From an uncultured Dehalococcoidales bacterium (lineage in GTDB: Bacteria > Chloroflexota > Dehalococcoidia > Dehalococcoidales > UBA5760), in contig CAYYLM010000004.1 in assembly GCA_964472625.1 (NCBI GenBank), positions 27,422-91,421 on the forward strand: a stretch of 64,000 nucleotides of DNA, given 5' to 3'. The translations under genes were made by a program, and so were the position numbers. Below, in pieces: positions 31,946-40,987 of the stretch (position 1 is its first letter; every line of letters begins with the position of its first letter). The notes under the pieces are model-generated. The model was not told the DNA's origin, made no database searches, and saw nothing but the letters and a program-made list of their open reading frames with translations.

Positions 31946-32580
31946 CAGTCTCTTCCCGCCTCGAGAATATGCCTCAGCTTCTTCAGCGCCCGATGCAGAA
32001 TAACCCTGGTGGCCCCTTCACTCTTCCCAAGCGAATCAGCAGTCTCGGCGAATGAGAAACCCTCAATGAACCGCATCAGAACCACCCGTTGCTGATCGCC
32101 ACTCAATTGCGAGATAGCCATCCGGAGCCTCTCCTGGTCAAAATGAGCCTGAGCCATCACTTCGGGGCTTGATTCAGGGCCTTTTGCCACCACTCCGTCA
32201 GGGAGACGAACCTTATCTTTTTTAGCCCGGTAGAAATCTACAACCAGATTATGGCTGATAGTCATGAGCCAGGCTATGAATGGGCTGCCCGTCTTCTTGT
32301 ATCGAGGTATCGCCTGCCAAGCCTTTAAGAAGACTTGCTGAGTTAAGTCCTCTGTGTCCGCAACCCTACCAATTCGGTAGTAGATATGCCTGTAAACTCG
32401 ATCTACATGCATATCGTATAGCCTCCCAAAGGCTTCAGCATCGCCTGCTTTAGCCTTCTGAACCAACATGTCGACATTTACTGTCTCTGAAGTCGAAGCT
32501 TCGTACAATCGCAGTTCCTTTTTGTTTAACGAACAAACAGCCAGAATGTTACAGGTATGCAGTCGTCGTACTGATGACAA
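31945..32580 (-). CDS. ECF-type sigma-70 family RNA polymerase sigma factor
   Basis: Region 2 (DLTQQVFLKAWQAI, FIAWLMTISHNLVVDFYR) and region 4 (QQRVVLMRFIEGFSFAETADSLGKSEGATRVILHRALKKL) are present. The track start is TTG 32580. More likely starts are TTG 32508 (after AAGGAA) or ATG 32469. Confidence 0.9.
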   Translation of the reverse strand: MSSVRRLHTCNILAVCSLNKKELRLYEASTSETVNVDMLVQKAKAGDAEAFGRLYDMHVDRVYRHIYYRIGRVADTEDLTQQVFLKAWQAIPRYKKTGSPFIAWLMTISHNLVVDFYRAKKDKVRLPDGVVAKGPESSPEVMAQAHFDQERLRMAISQLSGDQQRVVLMRFIEGFSFAETADSLGKSEGATRVILHRALKKLRHILEAGRD

Positions 32581-33038
32581 TGAATTGAGCTAGCTGTAGC
32601 CAGGTTTCCTGACGCACTTTATTATACCCTGTCTTGCTGAGAACCCGGAAATTAAACGAAGGCCACAAGACACGAGAAGGTATAGCAAGTGAACGATCAA
32701 AGCGGTTGTATTATTGATCCCACCGATAATAACCAAAATCCATTATTACCCAAAGTGTAACAAATTAAGCATAGTTCCCGTTAACTAATTACAGGAGGCG
32801 GATTTTCTGATTTAAGCACCTTGCATGCTTTTTAGAATTTAAACCCAGGTATGCTTTGCATGGGATAAATAGGAAGGGAAGGGGGTGATAAGTTTACCGT
32901 TCATTTAGAAGTCGACTATGTTTCCAACATTGATTGATATCTTAGTTACTTCTGTTACCAAGATTGCTTTTAAAGCCGACAGCGTAGGTCGAGTACCAAG
33001 TGAAATAAAAATCGCTAGTTATATCGGAGGGATATGAA

Positions 33039-33683
33039 GTGAAAAAAAAGGTTTTAGCCATCGTACTGGCAGCAGTACTAGCAATCAGCCTGGCTGTGCC
33101 GTTGGCAGTAAGCGCTAACGGTGATCCCGTAGTAGCAGGAGAAGTCACTGGTGGCGGTCAAATTGAGACCGGTAAGGACAAAGACGCAGCCATGATAACC
33201 TTTGGTGGCAATCTTAACAATCTGGGTGGGGAACCGGTTGGACACTGGAATGTTGTTTTCCATAATGTGAACAATGATGACCTCGATATGAAGCAGTTCC
33301 ATCCGGCTGAAATAACATTCCTTGAATTCGAGCACATTCCCCAATGTCCGGAGCCAGACCCACCAGATGCCGATTATAACAGAGCTATTTTTAGGGCGAC
33401 TGGTCGCTTAGATAGTGAGGATGGCTGGAGCATTGAGGTTAGATTGGCGGATCATGGAGAAGGCAGGCGAGGAGAGGGCAGACAAGGTATGGCGGAACTA
33501 GATAGCATTAGGATTTTCCTATGGGGTCCTGATGGCGTTCTGCAATACGATTCATATGAGAATGGCGATGACTATCAAGGCGACTTTCCAGGTGAATCTG
33601 AGTGCGGCGTGGACGCTCTGACAAAACTCGACGGCGGCAACTTCCAGATACGCGCTAAGTGGGAAGGGCCTGAGCCAGGATAA
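33039..33683 (+). CDS. Secreted hypothetical protein
   Basis: 214 aa. GTG start after GGAGGGA. It has a signal peptide (MKKKVLAIVLAAVLAISLAVPLAVSA). No family recognised. Confidence 0.6.
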   Translation: MKKKVLAIVLAAVLAISLAVPLAVSANGDPVVAGEVTGGGQIETGKDKDAAMITFGGNLNNLGGEPVGHWNVVFHNVNNDDLDMKQFHPAEITFLEFEHIPQCPEPDPPDADYNRAIFRATGRLDSEDGWSIEVRLADHGEGRRGEGRQGMAELDSIRIFLWGPDGVLQYDSYENGDDYQGDFPGESECGVDALTKLDGGNFQIRAKWEGPEPG

Positions 33684-33761
33684 AGACAAAAGTAGTCCGA
33701 TGCCCCGTGGCTCGGAACCACCAGCCGTAACCGGACACTCAAACAATAAAAAGTCAATAGT

Positions 33762-33802
33762 GAAACCGACCTATCGAATCTATAGGTCGGTTTCATATTT
33801 TG
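33762..33802 (+). terminator. Rho-independent terminator
   Basis: Perfect 13-bp stem GAAACCGACCTAT / ATAGGTCGGTTTC with a 7-nt loop, followed by ATATTTTG. Confidence 0.7.
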
Positions 33803-33886
33803 CATTTGATAGCTTAAACAGCTAGATTTTTCGTGAGGAAACTCAACGAACCGCCACACAGTCGGTATAACAATACTAGAAAAAAG

Positions 33887-33970
33887 GGCGCCTGATTCTA
33901 TAACCAGACGCCTCACTTTATTGATAATTTAGCTACGGAAATTTATTACCATTGGACGAACATAGGTATG
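33887..33970. repeat. Intergenic repeat, copy C: GC hairpin plus conserved box
   Basis: GGCGCCTG ... CAGACGCC hairpin with one mismatch, followed by TCACTTTA as in copy A. The box TTATTACCATTGGACGAACATAGGTATG matches copy A at 25 of 28 positions. Confidence 0.75.
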
Positions 33971-34318
33971 ATAGCGTGGACATAATAACCCCCATAAATA
34001 GAAATAGGGGGGAGCATTTCTGCCCCTTTTGACTACCATATTTACACTTAGAATAATGAATCCTAGCAATTGCTCATGGTAGTCTTACACGCTATCATGC
34101 TTCTGATCAATTCTCCGTAAGATTGAACAATACTGACGAATGTGTAATCTTTCTCGACCTCAATTCATAGCTGGTGTTGGCGCATGATTCATTCGTAGTT
34201 GGCTAAATGGGAATTTGCACATCTATAGGCAGACAGGTAAGATTAGGTGCATAAACCAAGCCCTTACTGATATGGCAAGGAACGTAGGTGTTACCACCCT
34301 CACACCAGGAGCAAAGGG

Positions 34319-35839
34319 ATGTGCGGTATAGTCGGAATTTACGGTAAAGGGGCCGATCAACAGACAGTTCAGATGAATGCCATGCTGGGAAAGATCCGTC
34401 ACCGGGGGCCCGACGATCTTGGTACCTATGTGACTGACAACATTGCCTTAGGACAGACCAGGCTTTCCATAGTGGATGTGGCCGGGGGAAAACAACCAAT
34501 CTTCTCAGAAGATAGCAGAGTCTGTATCATCTGCAATGGGGAAATATACAACCATTTAGCCATAAAGGAGAAGCTCCCCAGTCACTATTTTAGAACTCGC
34601 TCTGACACAGAGGCTATACTCCACCTATTCGAGGAAGAAGGTGAACAGTCAGTTTCTCATTTGGATGGCATGTTTGCCTTCATAGTGTATGATGGCAACA
34701 GTATTTTGGTTGCTCGAGATCCTCTGGGAATTAAGCCTCTCTATCTTGGGGAAGAAGACGGCTGTCTCTTCTTCGCTTCAGAAATAAAGGCCTTACAAGG
34801 GTTAGTTCGGAGTATTCAGGAATTTCCTGCCGGGCATTATTTCACCCCCGAAAATGGCTTAGTGCGGTATTACCAAATGGAAGAGTCTCCAGAATGGGGA
34901 AACAATGTGGCAGAGATTAGCGCCGAACTGCGGGAGCATCTGGGTAGGGCTATTGAAAAAAGATGGATGGGTGATGTTCCCGTGGGTTGCTTCCTTAGCG
35001 GAGGCATTGATAGTAGCTTAGTATCTGCAGTATCTAAGTACAATTTTGACCATCTTGACACTTTTTCCGTAGGCCTAGGAGAAGAAGCCCCAGACCTACC
35101 ATTCGCCAGGAAGGTAGCTCAATATCTGGGTACTAGCCATCATGAATATGTCTACACCCCAAAAGAAGTTCTGGGAGCTTTGCCTGATATTATCTACCAC
35201 TTGGAATCTTTTGATCCTGCTTTAGTGCGTAGTGCTATACCCTGCTATTTCGTGTCCAAGTTGGCCAGCGAGTATGTCAAGGTAATTCTCACTGGGGAGG
35301 GTTCAGATGAGGTCTTTGCTGGCTATCATTACTTCAAACAATATGATAATCAAGAGGACGTCCATAAAGAAGCTTTGAGGATCCTTTATGGACTGCATAA
35401 TATGAACTTGCAGAGAGTAGACCGGGCCACCATGGCCCATTCAATTGAAGGTAGAGTACCTTTTCTAGATATCGAGTTTGTCGAGTATGCCTTCTCCATC
35501 GATCCAGAACTAAAGAAAGCGGGCAGGGGAATACGTCCGGAAAAATGGCTCATTAGGCGAGCCTTTAATGATTATTTGCCTGAAGAGGTTATATGGAGAC
35601 CGAAAATGGAGTTCGCTGCCGGCTGTGGTTCAGAGCAACTCATCACCCAACTGGTAGATGATGAAATCACGGACGATGAATTTGAGCATGATAAGAGTGC
35701 CTTCAATCACGTCAGTCTGGCCTCCAAAGAAGAACTCTATTACTACCGGATATTTCACGACTTCTTTGGTACTGACGTTGACGCCGAAGCGATTGGCCGT
35801 TGGCAGGGTGGCTTCTCCGCAGATTTCGCAGATCTGTGA
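34319..35839 (+). CDS. asnB: Asparagine synthase (glutamine-hydrolysing)
   Basis: 506 aa. N-terminal MCGI nucleophile Cys, a FLSGGIDSS PP-loop and an EGSDE motif. Confidence 0.92.
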   Translation: MCGIVGIYGKGADQQTVQMNAMLGKIRHRGPDDLGTYVTDNIALGQTRLSIVDVAGGKQPIFSEDSRVCIICNGEIYNHLAIKEKLPSHYFRTRSDTEAILHLFEEEGEQSVSHLDGMFAFIVYDGNSILVARDPLGIKPLYLGEEDGCLFFASEIKALQGLVRSIQEFPAGHYFTPENGLVRYYQMEESPEWGNNVAEISAELREHLGRAIEKRWMGDVPVGCFLSGGIDSSLVSAVSKYNFDHLDTFSVGLGEEAPDLPFARKVAQYLGTSHHEYVYTPKEVLGALPDIIYHLESFDPALVRSAIPCYFVSKLASEYVKVILTGEGSDEVFAGYHYFKQYDNQEDVHKEALRILYGLHNMNLQRVDRATMAHSIEGRVPFLDIEFVEYAFSIDPELKKAGRGIRPEKWLIRRAFNDYLPEEVIWRPKMEFAAGCGSEQLITQLVDDEITDDEFEHDKSAFNHVSLASKEELYYYRIFHDFFGTDVDAEAIGRWQGGFSADFADL

Positions 35840-35940
35840 ATCAGGCAACAACTCTTAATGCATTAGTCCCCGGGTTTGCTAAGATAAGCTCCCAACGGCT
35901 TGATCGGCACATCCGGCAAAGCAAATACTAGCCCACTAGC

Positions 35941-36002
35941 GGTTTTGAACGTATTATCACTTTTCAGTCTGCAAACTAGTGTTCGATAATACGTTCAAAA
36001 CC
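35941..36002. repeat. Perfect 18-bp inverted repeat with a 26-nt spacer between convergent genes
   Basis: GGTTTTGAACGTATTATC (35941-35958) and GATAATACGTTCAAAACC (35985-36002). Confidence 0.85.
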
Positions 36003-36186
36003 TAGTTTCTACAGGGACTCTATATCAATTCTATACTAGGTAGCCTCCGTAGCTTTATGCTAGTAATCTCTGTTGCCAATGAGAACCCTAATAATAGCTA
36101 CGCTCTACCGGCAATGAGTGTCACTCACTGCATCTAACATCAAAAGCTGAATTAACTTCTCTTTCCGGAGTTACGATGCTCTCTTA

Positions 36187-37140
36187 CTACTCTTCGACCA
36201 AGCCATGGGCAACAAGGTACTCGTGAGCAACTTCATCTGGTTCCATCTTGTCGATATCAACCTTTGCATTTAGTGCCTGCCAAACCTGCTGGCCCTGCGC
36301 CACTATTTCTGGGGTAGCCGCCTCACCCGCGCCCGGGAATGTAGCCACTAGATCATTGAGAATATTCTCGATCTCAGGGTACTTGTCAAGGACATCGGCG
36401 CGGACATAAGGTGTTAGGTCATAAGGCGGCCAGAAGGCTTCGTCATCTAGGTACGCATGCCAGGAATACTTAGCAATAATGGCATCAGTACCAAAGGCCA
36501 TGGCCACATCACACTCATGGTTTTCCAAGCCTAGGAGCGATGCTCCCGGAGCTCCAGTCATAAGAGTAGCTTCAGGGACTTCAAAGCCATAGTAGTCTTC
36601 TAAAGCAGGTAGACCATCAGGACGAGTAGAGAATTCAAAGCCAACAAAGGTTCTGATATCTACTTCCCCAGCTTGATAAAGCGCCGCCAAATCGGAGATG
36701 GTCTGTAGGTTATTCTCTTCAACGAACTCAGGCCAGGAAACCAGAACATAAGTGTTGTTATTCCAAATCGGGTCCAGCCAGATGAAACCGTTGCTCTCCT
36801 CTTCTTCCTTAACCATTTGGTAAATCTCGTTGTTATCAACACCCGGCGTGTACTCATGCCCGAGATGGGTCATCCAAGCCGTACCAGTGTAATCGGCACA
36901 GATGTCAATATCTCCGGCTTCCATTCCCTCCCTCAAGGCCATAGTAGAGAGGTCTGACACCAAACTAACCGTAAAGCCGCGTTCCTCCAACAACTGCTTC
37001 ATCAGTTCGCCAATGATGTACTCCTCTGTGAAGTTTTTATTGCCCACGGTGACTTGCTTAGGGGCACCTGGCCCAGCACAGCCCAGAAGCAACCCAAGGC
37101 TTATACAGACGGCCAAAACAATAGCAATTACTTTCCTCAT
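36187..37140 (-). CDS. Osmoprotectant (glycine betaine/choline type) ABC transporter substrate-binding lipoprotein
   Basis: 317 aa. Has a lipobox LLLGC signal and an OpuAC/OpuCC-like sequence with aromatic-rich ligand-box residues. Last gene of the four-gene ABC operon. Confidence 0.85.
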   Translation of the reverse strand: MRKVIAIVLAVCISLGLLLGCAGPGAPKQVTVGNKNFTEEYIIGELMKQLLEERGFTVSLVSDLSTMALREGMEAGDIDICADYTGTAWMTHLGHEYTPGVDNNEIYQMVKEEEESNGFIWLDPIWNNNTYVLVSWPEFVEENNLQTISDLAALYQAGEVDIRTFVGFEFSTRPDGLPALEDYYGFEVPEATLMTGAPGASLLGLENHECDVAMAFGTDAIIAKYSWHAYLDDEAFWPPYDLTPYVRADVLDKYPEIENILNDLVATFPGAGEAATPEIVAQGQQVWQALNAKVDIDKMEPDEVAHEYLVAHGLVEE

Positions 37141-37228
37141 CTTTTTACCTCCTCAGATTTAATATTGTCACTACTCTCGTTAATAGCTTCTTCTAAACTA
37201 GCGACTTTTACTCCATAGTCTACCTCCT

Positions 37229-37957
37229 TTAAGAAACTCCGGCCCTCACCTTCAATCCGCGTGGGGTCATCCATCTTTCAACACTTTCTATCATAAACCC
37301 TAGACTAATGGCCAGGGCCGCGGTAGGGGCTGCTCCTTGTAGAATAAGCAGAGGCTCTCTGGCAAAGACTCCGGTTAGGGTGATTCTGCCCAAACCAGCG
37401 CCGCCAACCAGAACCGCCAGCTCTGCCGTGCCTACCGTGATAACCGTGGAAATTCTAATTCCGGTTGTTATTACAGGCAGGGCTAATGGTATCTCAATTT
37501 TGCGAAGGATTTGCCTTCTGGTCATGCCCATTCCTCTGGCAGCCTCGATCATGGCAGGATCAATATTTCTCATAGCGGTATAGGAATTACGCAAGATAGG
37601 GAGCAGCCCATAAATGAATAAGGCTACAATTGCGGCTTTAAAACCAAAGCCAATCAGAGGCGCCATTATGGCAATTAAAGCTAGGCTAGGAATGCTTTGC
37701 CCAATATTAGCCCCACCGAGCACCGGCGGTATAAGCTTGGTAAACCTCGGGCGAGTAACTAGGATGCCCAAGGGTACGCCAATGGCAATCCCAATGAGTA
37801 CCGCTATGAAGACCATTTGGAGATGTGCCCTAGTATCGTGCAGTATCTCTTCAAAGGTGAAGGTGCGATAAATCCCCAGCTGACCTAGGCTGGTAATCCA
37901 AATAGTCAGTGCGATAAACAAACCCAAAAGTATGAATAGAACAATCCGACGTTTCAT
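37229..37957 (-). CDS. Osmoprotectant ABC transporter permease
   Basis: 242 aa. BPD-type permease with the EAARGMGMT.RQIL EAA loop. Confidence 0.85.
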   Translation of the reverse strand: MKRRIVLFILLGLFIALTIWITSLGQLGIYRTFTFEEILHDTRAHLQMVFIAVLIGIAIGVPLGILVTRPRFTKLIPPVLGGANIGQSIPSLALIAIMAPLIGFGFKAAIVALFIYGLLPILRNSYTAMRNIDPAMIEAARGMGMTRRQILRKIEIPLALPVITTGIRISTVITVGTAELAVLVGGAGLGRITLTGVFAREPLLILQGAAPTAALAISLGFMIESVERWMTPRGLKVRAGVS

Positions 37958-39069
37958 TCCAATTTTTCCGTTTCAGCAGCCTCACTTAGTGCCTTCTGGA
38001 TAGCATCAAAGGTTAAGATTCCCTCTAACTTGTTATCTTCGTTAACTATCGGCAGTGCCTTCAGTCCACTGCTCAACATAACTGATAGAGCTTCGTTCAA
38101 GACGGCGTTTATGGTGAAAGTGGTCGTCGAAGGCTTCAAAATATCACGCACCTTCTTCCTATCTTCCAAATCTGATGCGTCAAGCCATCCTATGAACTCG
38201 CTGTCATCTGCGATAACCGGTAATAACTCAATCCCTTCTCGTTCCATCCGCTCCCGAACAACTGCTAATTGTTCATCTGGTTTGGCAACCGGTGGTGAAC
38301 TCATCATAACTTCCTTCACTCGGAGTAGCTGCAGCCCCTTCAGGGCTCGATCAGCACCAACAAAACCCTCCACGAATTCGTCTTTGGGATGATATAGAAG
38401 ATTGGCAGGGGTATCGTATTGCACCAATTGCCCTTCCTTCATCAGGGCAATCCTGTCTCCCATCTTGATTGCCTCATAGATATCATGAGTTACAAATATG
38501 ATGGTCTTTTTTATCTTCTGCTGGATCTTTAGAAATTCGCTTTGTAATTCCACCCTAGTTATGGGGTCAATGGCACCAAAGGGCTCGTCCATGAGTAACA
38601 TCGGCGGGTCAGCACCTAATGCACGAGCTACGCCTACCCGCTGGCGTTGGCCGCCAGAAAGCTCGTTGGGATACTTGTCAATAAACTCACCGGCGGGCAA
38701 TCTCATTAATTCTAAGAGCTCTTCAGCTCTTTGCCTTCGCCTTTCCTTACTCCAGCCTTTGAGTGCCGGTACTGTCTCTATATTCTCGGCTACGGTCATA
38801 TGTGTGAAAAGCCCTATCTCCTGGATAGCGTAGCCTATATTCCTGCGTAGCTCAGTCTCGTCTATTTTGGTATTGTCCACCCCATCAATGTATATTCTTC
38901 CGCTAGTTATAGGTATAAGGCGATTTATCATTTTCATAGTGGTAGTCTTGCCACACCCGGAAGGCCCGAGAAAGACACAGAGCTCTCCATTCTCGACCTC
39001 AAAACTCATTCCCCGTACCGCCTTTGTTCCGTCAGGATAGACCTTAGTAACATTTTCCAGCTTGATCAT
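37954..39069 (-). CDS. Osmoprotectant ABC transporter ATP-binding protein with a C-terminal CBS pair
   Basis: 371 aa. Contains GPSGCGKTT, LSGGQRQRV and LLMDEPFGAID, with a tandem CBS region at the C-terminus as in OpuCA/OpuAA. Confidence 0.9.
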   Translation of the reverse strand: MIKLENVTKVYPDGTKAVRGMSFEVENGELCVFLGPSGCGKTTTMKMINRLIPITSGRIYIDGVDNTKIDETELRRNIGYAIQEIGLFTHMTVAENIETVPALKGWSKERRRQRAEELLELMRLPAGEFIDKYPNELSGGQRQRVGVARALGADPPMLLMDEPFGAIDPITRVELQSEFLKIQQKIKKTIIFVTHDIYEAIKMGDRIALMKEGQLVQYDTPANLLYHPKDEFVEGFVGADRALKGLQLLRVKEVMMSSPPVAKPDEQLAVVRERMEREGIELLPVIADDSEFIGWLDASDLEDRKKVRDILKPSTTTFTINAVLNEALSVMLSSGLKALPIVNEDNKLEGILTFDAIQKALSEAAETEKLE

Positions 39070-39752
39070 GGTTTCGACTTACCTATCTTTAGACCTCTCG
39101 GGGTAATTCGCCGTTCCACTATGGCCATAAGGCCATCGGCCAGCAGGGCTAGGATAGAGACAGATATTCCCCCAATAATTATTAAGTCCATTCGGGCATT
39201 CCTCAACCCCCGGAATATAGGGACGCCAAGTCCCCCGGCGCCAATCAAAGTGGCAATAGCTGCGATGCCAATAATTAGTACGATAGCATTTCTCAAACCC
39301 GCTATGATGACGCGAGACGCAAGTGGGAGCTTAATCTTGAATAATATTTGTCTTTCCTCCATTCCCATCCCCTTGGCGGCCTCGACCATTGCCGGGTCAA
39401 CTGCTTTTATCGCAGTATAAGTATTGCGCAATATTGGTAACTGGCCATAGACAATAAGGGCGATAATCGCTGGGAGAAAACCAATGGCACTCAGGTTCAT
39501 GGTAGCCAGAATGAACATGAGCAACCCAAAAAGTGCCAAGCTGGGAATAGTCATCATTACCTCTGCTAGGTAGAGTACAGTATCCGCTATATGCTGCCGG
39601 CCGTTACCGGTAATATAGATTCCCAGCGCTATACCGAGAGGGACTGCTATGGCAATAGCAACGAAGGTTATTCGCAAATGGGCAAGCGTCCATGCTGCGA
39701 GAAGTTCCGGCCGTTCGCTTATAAATTGCCAGGCTTCTAACATCAATAACAC
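39066..39752 (-). CDS. Osmoprotectant ABC transporter permease
   Basis: 228 aa. Contains the EAAKGMGMEERQIL EAA loop. It overlaps the ATPase gene by 4 nt. Confidence 0.85.
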   Translation of the reverse strand: MLLMLEAWQFISERPELLAAWTLAHLRITFVAIAIAVPLGIALGIYITGNGRQHIADTVLYLAEVMMTIPSLALFGLLMFILATMNLSAIGFLPAIIALIVYGQLPILRNTYTAIKAVDPAMVEAAKGMGMEERQILFKIKLPLASRVIIAGLRNAIVLIIGIAAIATLIGAGGLGVPIFRGLRNARMDLIIIGGISVSILALLADGLMAIVERRITPRGLKIGKSKP

Positions 39753-39881
39753 TCATCCTATGCTTTTATCTACTACAGAGGGAAATTGGATAAGTCAACC
39801 AGACTTGAAGCGTGGAAGCACAGCGGTAACAGGTTACTATTACTACTACGTGAGAGCTCTACCAACCATTTTTCTAGCCTA

Positions 39882-39910
39882 ACCATAATGCCTTTTCTAC
39901 TAGTTGTCAA
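39882..39910 (-). promoter_or_regulatory. Sigma-70-like promoter for the osmoprotectant ABC operon
   Basis: The minus strand reads TTGACA - 17 nt - TATGGT, about 130 nt upstream of the ATG at 39752. Confidence 0.4.
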
Positions 39911-40084
39911 TACTCCGAATAGGGCTGCCCTGTCTGATTAAGGCTATCATTTACTTCTACTTAGCTGCTCGATATCCCCTGTGAGAGCACATAAGGCAGA
40001 CAGCTTTTAACCCCGCGGCGGTTGAATTCCTCGAACTTACAGTAGTATTCACTTCTATAGTCCCAGATACCCGAAGTCAAACCC

Positions 40085-40113
40085 TTGAACCAGATTTATG
40101 ATTTGACTAGAAT
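40085..40113 (+). promoter_or_regulatory. Sigma-70-like promoter for the 77-aa ORF
   Basis: TTGAAC - 17 nt - TAGAAT, 22 nt upstream of the ATG at 40135 with an intervening GAAGGAGG. Confidence 0.45.
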
Positions 40114-40134
40114 AGAACCCTGAAGGAGGTTGGA

Positions 40135-40368
40135 ATGAAGGAGCAAGAAATAGGATTGATAGGATTGGTAGCAAGGATTCTGGGATTTCTGCGCGATCAT
40201 AATCAGCATTGCTATACAGCGGATGAACTGGCAGATAGAGAGAATATCAAGAGAGACGAGAGCGTAGACGCAAACAGAATGCGGGAAATCTGTGAGGAAC
40301 TGTGTAAAGAGGGGTTAATAGAACCCAAGCGTGAAGACGAGGTTCGATGTTATAAAGCCGTTCGGTAA
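40135..40368 (+). CDS. Hypothetical 77-aa protein, possibly winged-helix-like
   Basis: Good promoter and Shine-Dalgarno. The helical pattern (ARILGFLRDHNQHCYTADELADRENI ... LCKEGLIE) is reminiscent of small wHTH proteins. No family firmly recognised. Confidence 0.45.
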   Translation: MKEQEIGLIGLVARILGFLRDHNQHCYTADELADRENIKRDESVDANRMREICEELCKEGLIEPKREDEVRCYKAVR

Positions 40369-40842
40369 ATATAGAAGCAATCGGCTGAATCTAGTAGATC
40401 ACTTCTATTACCCTGAAGTCGGGGAAACTGTATGTTGATGGTAACATTTAGGCTATATGGGTTTATCCACAGAATACACTTGTCACTTTGATACCAATAG
40501 CTGAGCAGCGTCCCAAGCCGAATTCGAGGTCGCATTTGCTTATATTGTTCAATAGCATTTTTATATCGAAGTCAGTACAGTTCCCATTACTGCCCCTTTT
40601 GACTAATACATTTACCTATGAAGATGTAGACATTCAATTATTGTATAGTTCCCATTGTGGCCGATATGTTTCTGAATTACCTCCCCGAAACCACTCTCTA
40701 CATAGGTGGCGTCTGTCCAGCAATTCCATAATTAGGTCATATTCCGGCGGAATTGTTAAGCAATACGGAAAATTAACAAGATTTGATGCGAGGAATTGCT
40801 CATTTGAACCAGCTTCAGCTATACTTAGAAGTGATTTAGCCT

Positions 40843-40917
40843 GCCAGCGTAGCTCAGTGGTAGAGCAGCGGTTTCGTAAACCGCCGGTCGTCAGTTCGAC
40901 TCTGACCGCTGGCTCCA
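40843..40917 (+). tRNA. tRNA-Thr (anticodon CGU), CCA encoded
   Basis: Hand-folded cloverleaf. Acceptor stem GCCAGCG/CGCTGGC. D-arm AGCTCAGTGGTAGAGC. Anticodon stem-loop GCGGT-TTCGTAA-ACCGC. T-arm GTCAG-TTCGACT-CTGAC. Then discriminator T and CCA. Confidence 0.9.
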
Positions 40918-40987
40918 TTATTTGAGGCTAAATTTGTCTTCCTGAGCCGGGTAAATACCAGTGATATTTCAAAAAGCTAACCGATAG

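Noticed and set aside
33575-34499. Minus-strand ORFs 33552-33746, 33575-33916 and 34203-34499.
   Set aside because: They run through terminator hairpins and the repeat element, or overlap the asnB start. None has start signals or recognisable sequence.
40488-40925. ORFs 40488-40925(+) and 40634-40918(-).
   Set aside because: Both read straight through the tRNA-Thr gene and AT-rich spacer, so they are artefacts.
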